64,000 nucleotides of DNA, taken from Candidatus Undinarchaeota archaeon (lineage in GTDB: Archaea > SpSt-1190 > JASMDC01). Numbering within the stretch: position 1 is the first letter of the stretch; the number at the start of each line of letters is the position of its first letter. The position numbers and the translations under genes were made by a program. The notes beneath the pieces were generated by a model, which did no database searches, was not told the DNA's origin, and was given only the letters and a program-made list of their open reading frames with translations. This document shows, piece after piece, positions 37,907 to 49,381 of this stretch. Location of the stretch: contig CAZFHY010000017.1 of the NCBI GenBank assembly GCA_964519305.1, forward strand, positions 17,577 to 81,576, written 5' to 3'.

Positions 37907-38473
37907 ATGCGGGTACAGTTCGCTACATCGAACGAGCACAAGGTCACCGAGGCCCGTGGCATCCTGGCCGAGCTTGGCTGGGAGGTCGAGCGTGTTTCAA
38001 TCGACTATCCTGAGATACGCAGTCCGTCGGTCGAGGACGTCGCCCTGGACGGTGCACGGTACGTGGCCGACAGGCTCGGTGGTCCGGTGATCGTCGAGGA
38101 CACCGGTCTGTTCATTCGGGCGCTCAAGTGGTTCCCTGGCACCTACTCCAAGTACGTGCTCAACACCGTCGGCGTCCCCGGCGTGCTCCGACTCATGGAA
38201 GGTGTGGACGACCGGTACGCCGAGTTCCGGTGCGCCGTGGGCTTCTGCGAGCCCGGCGGTGAGCCCAAGGCGTTCGCTGGCGCCGTCCCTGGTACTATCA
38301 ATCATGCACCCATCGGCGACGGTGGGTTCGGGTACGATCCAATATTCCTCCCAGAGGGCGATGGCAGGACCTATGCCCAGATGCCCGCGGAGGAGAAGAA
38401 CGCAGTATCCCACAGAAGACGTGCACTGGCCGCTTTCGTGGCGTGGGCGCACGAGGAGATGCCCGGCAGGTAG
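37907..38473 (+). CDS. rdgB: XTP/dITP diphosphatase (Ham1/RdgB)
   Basis: FATSNEHK, EDTGL, FPG.YSK, GFGYDPIF, KNAVSHR. Confidence 0.95.
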   Translation: MRVQFATSNEHKVTEARGILAELGWEVERVSIDYPEIRSPSVEDVALDGARYVADRLGGPVIVEDTGLFIRALKWFPGTYSKYVLNTVGVPGVLRLMEGVDDRYAEFRCAVGFCEPGGEPKAFAGAVPGTINHAPIGDGGFGYDPIFLPEGDGRTYAQMPAEEKNAVSHRRRALAAFVAWAHEEMPGR

Positions 38474-38479
38474 ATCACC

Positions 38480-39850
38480 ATGGAAGGCGTGCTCCGCAAG
38501 CTCGAGGATCGGTGCGACTTCGCCGATGTGGGACGTTCCTTGGTTCGTTCTTCCTTCGTCGAGGCCAAGGACCGGCAGGTGCTCACCCTGGGCACGCTCG
38601 AGAGCGAGGGGTACGGTGTCCGTGTTCTCGTGAACGGGTGCTGGGGTTTCGCCTCAGTGAACTCAAAGGACCGGCTGGCAGATGCCGCGGAGCGCGCGCT
38701 CCGTCTGGCAAAAGCATCGGCGCGGTTCAACACCGTCACCGTGTCCTTGGACGAGTTCCCCGCCAGAAAGGTACGTCACAGCACCCCCTGGAGGGAGGAC
38801 GTTCGCGACGTGTCCCTGGAGGAGAAGAAGGACCTCGTGTCCCGGATGGAAAAGGCCAGTTACATCGATGACGCGATCCGGACCACGTCGTCGCTATACA
38901 AGGACACCCATGTCGAGCGTACGTACCTCGACACCGCCGGCTCAGACGTCGAGAGCGCCGTACAGCGTGTATTCTTCCGTTCGGTTGTGAAAGGCCGACA
39001 AGGAGACCTGATCCAGGAGACCACGGACGGTCACGCCGACGTGGGCGGGTTCGAGGTGGCGCGTCGAGGTGGCAGCGAGACTATCCCGGTGCACGCGGCA
39101 GAGCGCGTGCTGCGCCTGTTGGATGCAAAAGCCGCGCCCGGGGGAACGTTCCCCGTGGTGATGAACCCGGAGCTCGTGGGTGTGTTCGTGCACGAGGCCG
39201 TGGGCCACGCATGCGAGGCGGACCTGGTCCTAGCTGGCACTTCCGCGTTCGCGGGACGTGAGGGCACCACGGTGGGTAGCGATCTGGTGACCATCGTCGA
39301 CGATCCGACACTGCCCGGTTATGGCCACTACGAATACGATAGTGAAGGCATCGCCGGGGTCCGCACCGTCCTCATCGACGGAGGGACACTCATCGGTTTC
39401 ATGAACTCGAGGGAGAGCGCGTCGCGTCTGAGCGTCGCGCCCAATGGCCACGGACGATCTGGTTCGTACTCACAACCGCCGATCGTCCGCATGAGCAACA
39501 CCCACATGAGTGGAGGTGACCACGACCTCGAAGAGCTCTTCGAGGGCATCAAGCGCGGTGTGTACATGCGGGGCGAGTATGGTGGTGTTGTGAACACCAC
39601 CTCGGGCGAGTTCCTCTTCAAGAGCAAGGAAGGCCAGCTCATCGAGAACGGTGAGCTGACCGAACCGCTTCGGGACGCCGCCATGACCGGCCAGGTGCGC
39701 GAGACGTTGCTCCACGTCAGCCGTGTGGGGAAGGACATGCGTCTGGTGCATAAGCCGGGTGCTTGTGGCAAGCAAGGTCAGCATATCCCGGTGGACCTGG
39801 GCGGGCCACATGTCAGGGTAGAGGAGGTGCGCGTCGGTGGATCCGTCTGA
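38480..39850 (+). CDS. tldD: TldD metalloprotease
   Basis: HEAVGH, YDSEG, PIVRMSNT, CGKQGQ.IPV..GGP. Confidence 0.93.
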   Translation: MEGVLRKLEDRCDFADVGRSLVRSSFVEAKDRQVLTLGTLESEGYGVRVLVNGCWGFASVNSKDRLADAAERALRLAKASARFNTVTVSLDEFPARKVRHSTPWREDVRDVSLEEKKDLVSRMEKASYIDDAIRTTSSLYKDTHVERTYLDTAGSDVESAVQRVFFRSVVKGRQGDLIQETTDGHADVGGFEVARRGGSETIPVHAAERVLRLLDAKAAPGGTFPVVMNPELVGVFVHEAVGHACEADLVLAGTSAFAGREGTTVGSDLVTIVDDPTLPGYGHYEYDSEGIAGVRTVLIDGGTLIGFMNSRESASRLSVAPNGHGRSGSYSQPPIVRMSNTHMSGGDHDLEELFEGIKRGVYMRGEYGGVVNTTSGEFLFKSKEGQLIENGELTEPLRDAAMTGQVRETLLHVSRVGKDMRLVHKPGACGKQGQHIPVDLGGPHVRVEEVRVGGSV

Positions 39851-41132
39851 GCTCGTCGATGAGGTGGCACGGCGCCTGGACACGCCCTTCTTCGAGGTCG
39901 CCGTCGCCACGACAGGATCGACGACCCTTTCGACCGAGCGGGAGAGCATCCGCAACGCCGAGAGCAGTGAGAAGTTCGTCATCGAGGTGCGGGCCGCAGA
40001 CGGCGGTCGCGTCGGGTACGCCCGGAGCGTCGGCGGGGAGGCCGATGCCACCATACGCAACGCCCTTGAAGCGCTACGGCTGTCCAGTGTGGACGAGCAC
40101 TTCCCCGGCGTCACCGAAGTCGCGAAACTGCCGAAAGTGTCCGGGCTGTTCGACCCGAAGGTCTCAGACATGGGCCCTGAGAACCTCGCGGACACCCTGC
40201 GTGCTCTAATGGACGCTGCAGCATCGCCCAAGCTCGAAGTAGAGGAGGCTGCCATCTCGACGTCCGTGTCCACCTCGGCGTTCGCCAACTCGGCGGGTGT
40301 ACGTGCTGAGGAACGGGCCACTATGTGGTCGGCCGCTCTGGTGCTCGCTGGCGGGAAAATGAACGTATGGGACTACGACGGTTCGCGTGCGCTAGACATC
40401 GATATCGAGGCGCTGGGCCGACGTGTCCGCGACCTGACCTTGGCCAGCATGAAACCCAAGAAGATCGAGTCGGGACGGTTCGATGCGGTGCTCAGCCAGC
40501 ACACCGTCACCGAGCTGGTCTCCAACCTCTTGGCACCGGCGGTCAACGGTGATGTGGTCCAGCGGGGTGGTTCCCCTCTGGCCGAGCGTGTGGGTGAGGC
40601 AGTGGCGTCACATACGGTCACCATAACCGATGACGGGCTCCTGCCCGGTGGACTGGTGTCCCAGCTGTTCGATGCGGAAGGGACGCCGAGCCGCACGACC
40701 CCGTTGGTGACGAAAGGCGTGCTCAAAGGATTCCTCCACGACAACTACACATCGAGTAGGGGTGGTGTGGCAAGCACCGGCAACTGCTCGTCGCTCTCCA
40801 TCCGGCCCTCCATCCACCCGAACAACATCGTGCTCGCACCAGGCACCCTCTCCACGGAAGGTCTCCTGAGCGAGATGGGCGACGGGCTACACATCGAGCT
40901 GCCCATGGGCGGGTTCACTGCGAACTCCTCCACCGGCGACTTCTCGGTCCAGGTGCTCGCCGGGTTCCTGGTGAAGGGTGGCGAGGTGATTCACGCTGTA
41001 AGGGACGCCATGCTCTCTGGTAACTTGTACGAAATGCTCGGGAACGTGGAGGCCGTGGGGAGCGAGGTGCGCCAGATATCCCATGTCGTGGCGCCACCGA
41101 TACTGGTGCGGGACCTATCCCTGGTCTGCTAG
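39837..41132 (+). CDS. pmbA: PmbA/TldE protein
   Basis: FANSAG, FDAEGTP, TGN, TGDFS; no HExxxH; overlaps tldD. Confidence 0.9.
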   Translation: MDPSELVDEVARRLDTPFFEVAVATTGSTTLSTERESIRNAESSEKFVIEVRAADGGRVGYARSVGGEADATIRNALEALRLSSVDEHFPGVTEVAKLPKVSGLFDPKVSDMGPENLADTLRALMDAAASPKLEVEEAAISTSVSTSAFANSAGVRAEERATMWSAALVLAGGKMNVWDYDGSRALDIDIEALGRRVRDLTLASMKPKKIESGRFDAVLSQHTVTELVSNLLAPAVNGDVVQRGGSPLAERVGEAVASHTVTITDDGLLPGGLVSQLFDAEGTPSRTTPLVTKGVLKGFLHDNYTSSRGGVASTGNCSSLSIRPSIHPNNIVLAPGTLSTEGLLSEMGDGLHIELPMGGFTANSSTGDFSVQVLAGFLVKGGEVIHAVRDAMLSGNLYEMLGNVEAVGSEVRQISHVVAPPILVRDLSLVC

Positions 41133-41190
41133 CAGTTCATACCCCAAGGATCGGATTAAATAATCAGTTTACATAGGTGGATACCAGGAG

Positions 41191-42153
41191 ATGGTGGTCA
41201 TGGATCAAGAAACCAGCGCATACGTCGCAGTTCTTGCCACGATCATCCTCTGGAGCTCGGCTGCCGCGGTCGTCAAGACACTCATGTCGGACCTGCCATC
41301 CTACCTCGTCATGTTCTACGTGGCACTGTTCGCCGTCGCCGGCAACCTCGCGTTGGTGGTGCTCACCGGCCGGACGGAGCGGTTCTTCTCGTACAGCAGG
41401 AACGATCTGGCTGTTTTCGCCCTCATGGGCCTTTTAGGCAGCTACGGCTACTGCATGCTCTACTACAACGCGCTGGACATCGCGCCCGTGGTGGTGGTCA
41501 GCGTGGTCCAATACCTCTGGCCCATCATGACGGTGCTGTGGACCGCGGTCCTCCTAAAGGAGCGGCCCGGGCCCCGGGCGGTCACAGGGCTCACGATAAG
41601 TCTGACCGGTGTGATGATCGTCGCAACCGGGGGCGACCTGTCCGTGTTGTCCCTGGAACGGCTCATGGGACCTCTCATGGCGGCCGCGGCGGCAGTGTGC
41701 TACGGCCTGTTCTCGGCCATCGGCAAGCAGCGGGACGACGACAAGGTGTGCGCGATGGCGTGGTCCTTCATATTCTACCTGACTCTCATGGTACCCACGG
41801 TCCTTGTGTTGGTCCCGGGCGGGTTCGTTCTGCCAGGAGCAAGCACGCTCCTGGGCCTGGCGTGGATGGGAGTGGCCTGCTATGCCATCGGGTACAGCCT
41901 CTGGTTGTACGCACTGTCCAACGGGGATACAGCCTCCATCTCCAACATGACCTTCCTCGCCCCGTTCCTCTCGCTCATTTGGATACGCCTGCTCCTCAAG
42001 GAGCCGATCCCCTCGGCTGCCATCATCGGTCTTGTCGTCATAATCGTAGGTATCCTCGTGACGCGGAGCAGCAGGGTCCCTATCCCGGACGTTCCCTCCT
42101 CACGCATGCCCTCACCGGTGCCCGCGGCGGCGGTGACTTCTGACGAGACCTGA
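41191..42153 (+). CDS. EamA/DMT family transporter
   Basis: Two EamA repeats ending LLKE; about ten TM helices. Confidence 0.9.
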   Translation: MVVMDQETSAYVAVLATIILWSSAAAVVKTLMSDLPSYLVMFYVALFAVAGNLALVVLTGRTERFFSYSRNDLAVFALMGLLGSYGYCMLYYNALDIAPVVVVSVVQYLWPIMTVLWTAVLLKERPGPRAVTGLTISLTGVMIVATGGDLSVLSLERLMGPLMAAAAAVCYGLFSAIGKQRDDDKVCAMAWSFIFYLTLMVPTVLVLVPGGFVLPGASTLLGLAWMGVACYAIGYSLWLYALSNGDTASISNMTFLAPFLSLIWIRLLLKEPIPSAAIIGLVVIIVGILVTRSSRVPIPDVPSSRMPSPVPAAAVTSDET

Positions 42154-42200
42154 ACCGCGGGGCCTGCCTTTTTATGTCCTGCCGCTCTATTAACCAATGT

Positions 42201-45200
42201 ATGGACGGTGCTCGCTGGACCTTCGGTATCGACCGCGGAGGCACCTTCACCGACGTTGTGGCGGTGGCGCCCGACGGTACGCTCGTGACCGAGAAGCTCC
42301 TGTCAGAGGACCCGGGACGGTACGACGACGCCGCGGTGTTCGCCGTCCGCTCCATCCTTGGACTGGGGCCGGACGAGCCCGTTCCCACCGACAGGGTCGC
42401 ATCCATCTCCATGGGCACCACCGTGGGCACCAACGCTCTCCTCGAGAGGACAGGGGCCCGTGTGTGTCTGGTCGCGTCACGCGGGTTCGGCGATGCGCTG
42501 GTCATCGGACATCAGGCACGGCCGGACATCTTCGCCCTGGAAATCCACAAGCCACGGTCCCTCTACGAGGACGTGGTCGAACTGGACGGGCGTATGGCCG
42601 CCGATGGTACGGAGCTCGCCCCCCTGGACACTGAGCAGATCGAGCGGGAACTGAGGAGCGTCCTTGAGCGGGGGGTCCGGTGCCTAGCGGTGGTCCTGCT
42701 CAACAGCTATCGCGACGACGCGCACGAACGGATGGTCGGCCAGGTGGCCCGCAGGCTCGGGTTCGAACAGGTGTCCTTGTCATCGGCCACCATGCGGGTC
42801 CAGAAGATGGTGGGTCGTGGTGACACCACCGTCGTCGACGCATATCTCAATCCCGTGCTCCACCGGTACGTGGAGCGGGTGCGCCACGACACCGGCGACG
42901 TCCCGCTCCGGTTCATGCGCTCCAGCGGGGGCCTGGTGGACGCCGAGAGCTTCACAGGCAAGGACGCTATCATCTCGGGACCTGCTGGCGGTGTGATCGC
43001 AGCATCCCAGGTCGCCGCGTCCCTGGGCATCGAACGTGTCATCGGTTTCGATATGGGCGGGACATCGACCGACGTATCCCGGTACGAGGGTGGTCGGTGC
43101 GAGAAGGTGTACGAGACCGAGACCGCCGGGGTCCGCATCCACGCGCCCATGGTGAACGTCGTGACGGTGGCGGCGGGCGGAGGATCCGTCCTGCACTTTG
43201 ATGGCACTCGCCTGACGGTGGGTCCTGACAGCGCCGGGGCCGACCCGGGACCTGCCTGCTACCGTAACGGTGGGCCGCTCACCGTGACCGATGCCAACCT
43301 CATGCTCGGTCGCATCCTTCCCCACCACTTCCCACGGGTGTTCGGTCCGGGTCACGACCTGCCCCTCGATCCGGACATTGTCCGCAAGCAGTTCACCGGG
43401 CTGGCCGAGGAGGTACACCGGTCCACGGGGCGACGGATGACGCCCGAGGAGGTGGCCGAGGGCTACCTGCGCATCGCGAACGAGAACATGGTGCGCCCAA
43501 TCAGGTCCATCTCGGTGGCCAAGGGGTTCGATCCGCGGGACCACGCGCTAATGTGCTTCGGCGGTGCCGGGGCGCAGCACGCCTGCGCTATCGCTCGCGA
43601 GCTGGGCATGGACCGCATCGTGCTCCACCCGCTGGCAGGGGTACTCTCGGCCTACGGGATGCTCCTGGCAGATGTGCTCCACGAGGACGCACGAGCCGTG
43701 CTCCTGCCCCTGGAGGACGCGTCCGCACAAACCATGGAGGACGTCTTTGCCGACATGGAGCGGGCGCTCGCCGGGTGTGTGGCGGCCGACGGCATCGGAC
43801 CGGAACGGACCACCTGCCGGCGGTTCGCTGACGTACGGCCCCGGGGCGCCGATACCAGCGAGACCGTACCATATGACGGGATCGGTGCGTGCCGGGACAC
43901 TTACTGCACCGTCTACCGGCGTCATTATGGTTTCGAGCCACCGGTCGACCAGCTAGAGGTGGTCACGCTCCGTGTGGAGGCTGTGGGCGAGCGGCCCAAA
44001 CCCCCCGAGACCGAGAGCGAAGTGGTCCACCGTGAGCTGGGACCTGGCGACGCGTTGGAGGTCGCCCGCTCCTGCTTCCGTGGTGCATGGCACGACTCGC
44101 CCGTGTACCGGCGGAACGACCTGCATCCCGGCGACACGCTGCTCGGTCCTGCCATCGTGGTCGAGGATACGTCGACCATCGTTGTGGAGCCGGACTTCGC
44201 GGCCGTTGTGAACTCTCGGGGGCATGTGGAACTGCACCAGGTGGCACGGCCGCCCCGCGAGAAAGAAGGGACTGCGTGCGATCCGGTGCTATTGGAGGTG
44301 TTCTCCAATCTGTTCGCTTCGGCGGCGGAGCAGATGGGGAGCGCGCTCCAGCGAACGGCCCACTCGGTGAACATCAAAGAACGGCTCGACTTCTCCTGCG
44401 CGGTGTTCGACGCCAAGGGAGGGATGGTCGCCAGCGCCCATCACATCCCGGTCCACCTTGGCGCTATGGGCGCGTCGGTGCGCAACGTGCTGGCGGCCGT
44501 CGGAACCACCATGCGACAAGGCGATGTGTACGTCACGAACGATCCTTTCCATGGTGGATCGCACCTTCCGGACGTCACGGTGGTCACCCCAGTGTTCGCC
44601 GGTGACGGGCAGCTGCTCTTCCTCGTGGCCAGCAGGGGACATCATGCTGATATCGGCGGTACCACTCCCGGATCCATGCCACCGGACGCGACGTCACTGG
44701 AGCAGGAGGGTGTGGTGATCGAATGCTACCGGCTTGTTGCCGAGGGAAGGTTCGACGAACCAGGAATCACGCAGCTACTGTCGTCAGGGGCCTACCCCGC
44801 TCGTAACCTCCGCGAGCGGATGTCGGACCTAAAAGCACAGGTGGCAGCGAACGCCACGGGCGTGCGCGAACTACAGCGCCTGGTGACCGACCACGGGCTA
44901 GGGACGGTCCAGGCCTACATGGGCCATGTGCTGGCCCATGCCGAGACCGTGATGCGTCGCGCGATCGCCCGGCTCCCCGACGGCGCGCATACCGCTACTG
45001 ACCGGCTCGACGATGGTACGGTGCTGCACGTGACAGTCACCGTCGACGGCGATGAGGCTGTTGTGGACTTCGACGGGACCGGGCCGCAGCATCCGGGGAA
45101 CCTCAACGCCCCGTCGGCCGTGGCGATGGCCGCGGTGCTCTACGTGTTCCGTACCCTTGTGGACGAGGACGTACCGCTCAACGAGGGATGCCTGCGCCCA

Positions 45201-45815
45201 CTGTCGGTCCGCATCCCTGAGGGCTGTGTGCTCAATCCCCGGCCGGGAGCGGCGGTGGCCGGTGGGAACGTCGAGACGTCCCAGCGGGTGGTGGACGTGC
45301 TCTACCGGGCGCTGGGGACCGTAGCGGCCAGCCAGGGCACCATGAACAACCTCACCTTCGGTCCCGAGGACGGCGGGTACGGCTATTACGAGACCATCGC
45401 CGGCGGGGCGGGTGCGGGGCCCGGGTTCAACGGGGCCAGCGCGGTCCATACCCACATGACCAACACCCGCATCACTGATCCCGAGGTGCTGGAGCAGCGG
45501 TATCCCGAGGTGCGCGTGGAGGCGTTCGCGGTCCGCAGGGGATCGGGAGGGGACGGTCGGTACCATGGCGGGGACGGCGTTGAGCGTCGGTTGCGGTTCC
45601 TGGCGCCGTGCCGGGTGTCCATCCTCTCCGAGCGACGGCAGTTCGCGCCCTATGGGCTCGCGGGGGGCGGGGACGGCGCTACCGGCGAGAACGTCCTTGT
45701 CCGCGCGGACGGCACCGAGGAACAGCTCGGCGGGCGGGCAAGCGTATCGGTCCTACCGGGCGACCAGCTGGTCGTCAGGACGCCGGGTGGCGGCGGCTGG
45801 GGCGAAACCATTTAA
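42201..45815 (+). CDS. fused 5-oxoprolinase / hydantoinase A+B
   Basis: [70 protein letters not shown]. Confidence 0.93.
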   Translation: MDGARWTFGIDRGGTFTDVVAVAPDGTLVTEKLLSEDPGRYDDAAVFAVRSILGLGPDEPVPTDRVASISMGTTVGTNALLERTGARVCLVASRGFGDALVIGHQARPDIFALEIHKPRSLYEDVVELDGRMAADGTELAPLDTEQIERELRSVLERGVRCLAVVLLNSYRDDAHERMVGQVARRLGFEQVSLSSATMRVQKMVGRGDTTVVDAYLNPVLHRYVERVRHDTGDVPLRFMRSSGGLVDAESFTGKDAIISGPAGGVIAASQVAASLGIERVIGFDMGGTSTDVSRYEGGRCEKVYETETAGVRIHAPMVNVVTVAAGGGSVLHFDGTRLTVGPDSAGADPGPACYRNGGPLTVTDANLMLGRILPHHFPRVFGPGHDLPLDPDIVRKQFTGLAEEVHRSTGRRMTPEEVAEGYLRIANENMVRPIRSISVAKGFDPRDHALMCFGGAGAQHACAIARELGMDRIVLHPLAGVLSAYGMLLADVLHEDARAVLLPLEDASAQTMEDVFADMERALAGCVAADGIGPERTTCRRFADVRPRGADTSETVPYDGIGACRDTYCTVYRRHYGFEPPVDQLEVVTLRVEAVGERPKPPETESEVVHRELGPGDALEVARSCFRGAWHDSPVYRRNDLHPGDTLLGPAIVVEDTSTIVVEPDFAAVVNSRGHVELHQVARPPREKEGTACDPVLLEVFSNLFASAAEQMGSALQRTAHSVNIKERLDFSCAVFDAKGGMVASAHHIPVHLGAMGASVRNVLAAVGTTMRQGDVYVTNDPFHGGSHLPDVTVVTPVFAGDGQLLFLVASRGHHADIGGTTPGSMPPDATSLEQEGVVIECYRLVAEGRFDEPGITQLLSSGAYPARNLRERMSDLKAQVAANATGVRELQRLVTDHGLGTVQAYMGHVLAHAETVMRRAIARLPDGAHTATDRLDDGTVLHVTVTVDGDEAVVDFDGTGPQHPGNLNAPSAVAMAAVLYVFRTLVDEDVPLNEGCLRPLSVRIPEGCVLNPRPGAAVAGGNVETSQRVVDVLYRALGTVAASQGTMNNLTFGPEDGGYGYYETIAGGAGAGPGFNGASAVHTHMTNTRITDPEVLEQRYPEVRVEAFAVRRGSGGDGRYHGGDGVERRLRFLAPCRVSILSERRQFAPYGLAGGGDGATGENVLVRADGTEEQLGGRASVSVLPGDQLVVRTPGGGGWGETI

Positions 45816-45838
45816 TCCTCATCCTTCTCCTTACCGAC

Positions 45839-46105
45839 ATGGCCATCGAGATCCGCAAGCCGGGCGAGGGCGAGCTCGAAGAGCTCGGTATCGACGACTG
45901 GGGCACCTGGGAGTGCGCCGTGTCCGAGTTCCCTTGGGAGTACACCGACCGCGAGACCTGCTATCTTTTCGAAGGCGAGGTCACCGTCACAACCGACGAT
46001 GGCGCGGTCACCTTCGGTGCCGGCGACCTTGTAGTGTTCCCCAAAGGACTTGTGTGCACCTGGAAGATCACCAAACCGGTCCGTAAGAAGTTCCGGTTCG
46101 GCTAA
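45839..46105 (+). CDS. cupin protein (DUF861/EutQ-like)
   Basis: W.C.VSEFPWEY...ETCY..EGEV...GDLVVFPKG..CTW. Confidence 0.88.
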   Translation: MAIEIRKPGEGELEELGIDDWGTWECAVSEFPWEYTDRETCYLFEGEVTVTTDDGAVTFGAGDLVVFPKGLVCTWKITKPVRKKFRFG

Positions 46106-46165
46106 CGCCGCCGCGCACGCGGTCCGCGAGCACATATAAAGCTTGGGCGAGCCCTGCGATACCCC

Positions 46166-47764
46166 ATGCTCTCGCTGGTAGCGCTCGTCTCGCAGTTCCG
46201 AGGCAGCCAGCTCGAGACGCTACTGGCCACGACATGCCTGTTCCTCCTGCCAGCGCTGCTCGTCGCCGCCAGGCGCGAGTTCGCGACACTTATCCGGTAT
46301 AGGACAAAGCGTGAGCTAGGAGCGCTCCTGCTGGTGCTCGCCCTTGCGCTGGGGCTGCGTGTGCACCCTCTGGCAGATCCCTTTCACCAACGTGTCTTTT
46401 TCGACGAGTGGGAGTACATGGTCAATGCACGGTCCATACTCCTTGACGGCAGCGCGTCCATCTGCGTCAAGGGCTCGCTCGAGAACTGTCAGGTGCAGGC
46501 CGTGTCGGCAAACAACAAGATAGGGTACACGGTGCTCCAGGCGTTCGCGTTCTCGCTCGGCGGTGTATCCGATGCGACCGCCATGTACGTCACGCTCTCT
46601 CTCTCGGTCGCGTCCGTCGCCCTGGCATGGATGCTTGCAGCTTCCCTCTTCCCTGGTGGAAGGTGGGCCCCGATCGCGGCCGCTGTGTTCATGGCGGTGC
46701 TCCCGCTCCATGTCCGGTACAGTACATGTGCCGCCACGGACTCGGTATCGCTGTTCTTCGGAGGTCTGGTGATGCTCGCGGCCCTGGCCGACGCCCGGGC
46801 GCCATCGCGGCGGACGATGTACCTCGTGGCCGTTGCCCTTGTATTGGCCGTGACCGTCCGGTACGAGAACGTACTGCTCATCGTCCCCCTCGCCCTGGTC
46901 CTGCGGTGGAGAAAGGCCGCTCGCGGTCCGGCCTCGATCGCATTGGTGCTGATAGCATTGTTCGTAACGGGCTATACATCGTCGATAGATATGGACGATG
47001 GCTCGCCCTTCGCCACATCGCTAAGCATCATAGGACGGAGCGTGCGCTCATCGGTCCCCTTCTGGCTGGGCTGGGACCATCACCCGCTCATCCTCACGGC
47101 CCTGATGCTCGTCGCCCTGTGGCGGGCGGACGGGGACCGGTCACACAGGTTCCTCCTGGCGTGGCTGATGGTGTTCGTAGTTCTTTACTCGATCCACGAC
47201 TGGCCTATGGACATATGGGACCAGGACCGCCACCTCCTCCAGGGATACCTTCCAATCATCCTGCTCGCGGCCGCCGGTGTGGACGCGATGAGGGAGCTCA
47301 TGGGCAAGGGAAGTGATCATCTTGTGGGGCTCGTGCTACTTGTTGCGGTCGCAAGTTCGATCTCGCTCCTGGTCTCCTGCCCTGGCCAGGGCTGTACTGA
47401 CCACATCGTTCGCGAGCTCGAGTTCGCCCGAGCGTACCGCGATGTCCGGCCCGAGTGCATTATCGCCGCTCCGACACCCGTGTTCATCAACTGGGCATGG
47501 GGACGGCAGGCCGTATACTTCGAGCGCATGGAAGACATAGATGATATCCTAGCCCGGGGCGAGTGCGTGCTCCTTCATGAGAACCTCTACTGCGATCCAT
47601 CGGAGCTGGGTCTGGCAATCGTGTACTCACGTATCCCGCGTGTGTGCGCGACCTACAACGAACGGTACAGCATCAGAACCCTTGCGGAGGACACGGCCAA
47701 GCCGTACCCGATCCGGCTCTCGGTGCTAGGGCCACGGCGAGCCATGGCCGCAGGGAGAGAGTGA
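46166..47764 (+). CDS. GT-C fold membrane glycosyltransferase (ArnT/PMT-like), paralog 1
   Basis: FFDEWEY after the first TM helices, RYEN, DRH; many TM helices. Confidence 0.75.
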   Translation: MLSLVALVSQFRGSQLETLLATTCLFLLPALLVAARREFATLIRYRTKRELGALLLVLALALGLRVHPLADPFHQRVFFDEWEYMVNARSILLDGSASICVKGSLENCQVQAVSANNKIGYTVLQAFAFSLGGVSDATAMYVTLSLSVASVALAWMLAASLFPGGRWAPIAAAVFMAVLPLHVRYSTCAATDSVSLFFGGLVMLAALADARAPSRRTMYLVAVALVLAVTVRYENVLLIVPLALVLRWRKAARGPASIALVLIALFVTGYTSSIDMDDGSPFATSLSIIGRSVRSSVPFWLGWDHHPLILTALMLVALWRADGDRSHRFLLAWLMVFVVLYSIHDWPMDIWDQDRHLLQGYLPIILLAAAGVDAMRELMGKGSDHLVGLVLLVAVASSISLLVSCPGQGCTDHIVRELEFARAYRDVRPECIIAAPTPVFINWAWGRQAVYFERMEDIDDILARGECVLLHENLYCDPSELGLAIVYSRIPRVCATYNERYSIRTLAEDTAKPYPIRLSVLGPRRAMAAGRE

Positions 47765-47827
47765 TTATGGTACCCATGTCATCGACGCGTGCTGGCGGCC
47801 CATCATCGGCCAGCGGGAGGGGACCGC

Positions 47828-49381
47828 ATGGAGATCCTTAGAGCTAGCATTGTCGAATCCGGACTTGCCGGTGCGTGCTTCCTTGCTCTTCCGGCCCTCG
47901 TGGTCGTCTGCCGGCGCGAGCTGCGTGCCCTCATCCCAAACGCGTCCCGACGGGAGTTCGGGACGCTGGTGCTGGTGCTGCTGGTGGCACTCGCGATCCG
48001 CGTCAATCCGATGGCCGATCCCTTCCGCCATCGCGTGTACTTCGACGAATGGGAGTACCTTGAGAGCGCCCGGTCCGTCCTGCTCCACCACCGCGCTTTT
48101 ATCTGCAACTGGAACGATCCGGGAGGATGCCTGGTAACGGCCAGGCCCTGTAGTAACAAGGTAGGTTATTCCGTCCTTCTGGCCGGTGCATTCTCGCTGT
48201 TCGGCACGTCCGATACGGTGGCGATGACGCTCACGCTCGTGCTCTCGCTCGCCTCCGTGGCGATGGCATGGCTCCTTGCGGCCATCATCGCACCGGAGAG
48301 CAGGACAGCCCCCCTGGCCGCCGCAGTGATCCTGGCGACGCTCCCGCTCCACGTCCGGTACGCGAGCAGCGCGGCCACTGATTCGGTATCCCTGTTCTTC
48401 GGGGGTTTGGCCGTACTCGTGGCCATAGCCGCGGGCCGATGCTCGAGCAAGCGGAGCCTCTACCTCGTAGCCGCCGCGCTCATCGCGGCGGTCAGCATCA
48501 GGTACGAGAACATCTTCCTGCTCTTCCCCGTGATGGTCGTGTTCGGACGCCGTACTCCGGACCTGGGCCCGTTCGCCATCGCTCTCGTGGTGTCGTTCAG
48601 CCTCATACTGGCCTGGGCATCCAACCTGGACGTCACTGGCACCACTCCCCTATCGATCGATCCATCCGTCGTTGCCGGAAGCATCAGGAGCTCGTTCCGC
48701 CTCTGGACAGGAGGATGCCACCATCCTATCATCCTCACAGCGCTGGCCCTCCTCGCTCTATACCGGCCGCCAAGGGACAGGGTCCGCACCCTGCTCGTAG
48801 CCTGGTTCGTACCCTTCATCCTGCTCTACACTGTCCATGATTGGCCGCTCGACATGTGGAACATGGACCGTCACATGCTCCAGGCGTACTTCCCGTTCGT
48901 GCTCCTCGCGTCTGCCGGCCTCGCAGCAATTGAGCGGTCCGCGGGCGACCTGGGGGCCCGCTTGGTCGCGTTGTTGATGACAGTGATCGTGGCCAGTTCG
49001 CTCTTGACCGCGTACGACTGTCCGGGGCTCGGGTGCATGAACCGACTTGAAAGAGAGGTGCGCTTCGCCCGCGAGCACCGTGGGATACGTCCCGATTGCA
49101 TCATCGCCGCGCCCACTCCCACCTTCATCACATGGACATGGGAACGCGAGGCGATATACTTCGAGCGTATGGACGATGTACAGGTCCTCCTGGACCGGGG
49201 AACGTGCGTGCTCCTGTACGAGGACCTGTTCTGCAGCCCGGACGAGGTGCTCGAGAGCCAGAACGAGATGCCTGGAGTGTGCAATGCCTACTACCAGCGG
49301 TTCGGGGTCGAGCTTCTTGTAGAGGACACGGACGGCGCTTACCCCATCAGGTTGTCTGCCCTAGCGCCGAAAGAACCCTAA
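47828..49381 (+). CDS. GT-C fold membrane glycosyltransferase, paralog 2
   Basis: YFDEWEY, RYEN, DRH; colinear with paralog 1. Confidence 0.75.
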   Translation: MEILRASIVESGLAGACFLALPALVVVCRRELRALIPNASRREFGTLVLVLLVALAIRVNPMADPFRHRVYFDEWEYLESARSVLLHHRAFICNWNDPGGCLVTARPCSNKVGYSVLLAGAFSLFGTSDTVAMTLTLVLSLASVAMAWLLAAIIAPESRTAPLAAAVILATLPLHVRYASSAATDSVSLFFGGLAVLVAIAAGRCSSKRSLYLVAAALIAAVSIRYENIFLLFPVMVVFGRRTPDLGPFAIALVVSFSLILAWASNLDVTGTTPLSIDPSVVAGSIRSSFRLWTGGCHHPIILTALALLALYRPPRDRVRTLLVAWFVPFILLYTVHDWPLDMWNMDRHMLQAYFPFVLLASAGLAAIERSAGDLGARLVALLMTVIVASSLLTAYDCPGLGCMNRLEREVRFAREHRGIRPDCIIAAPTPTFITWTWEREAIYFERMDDVQVLLDRGTCVLLYEDLFCSPDEVLESQNEMPGVCNAYYQRFGVELLVEDTDGAYPIRLSALAPKEP

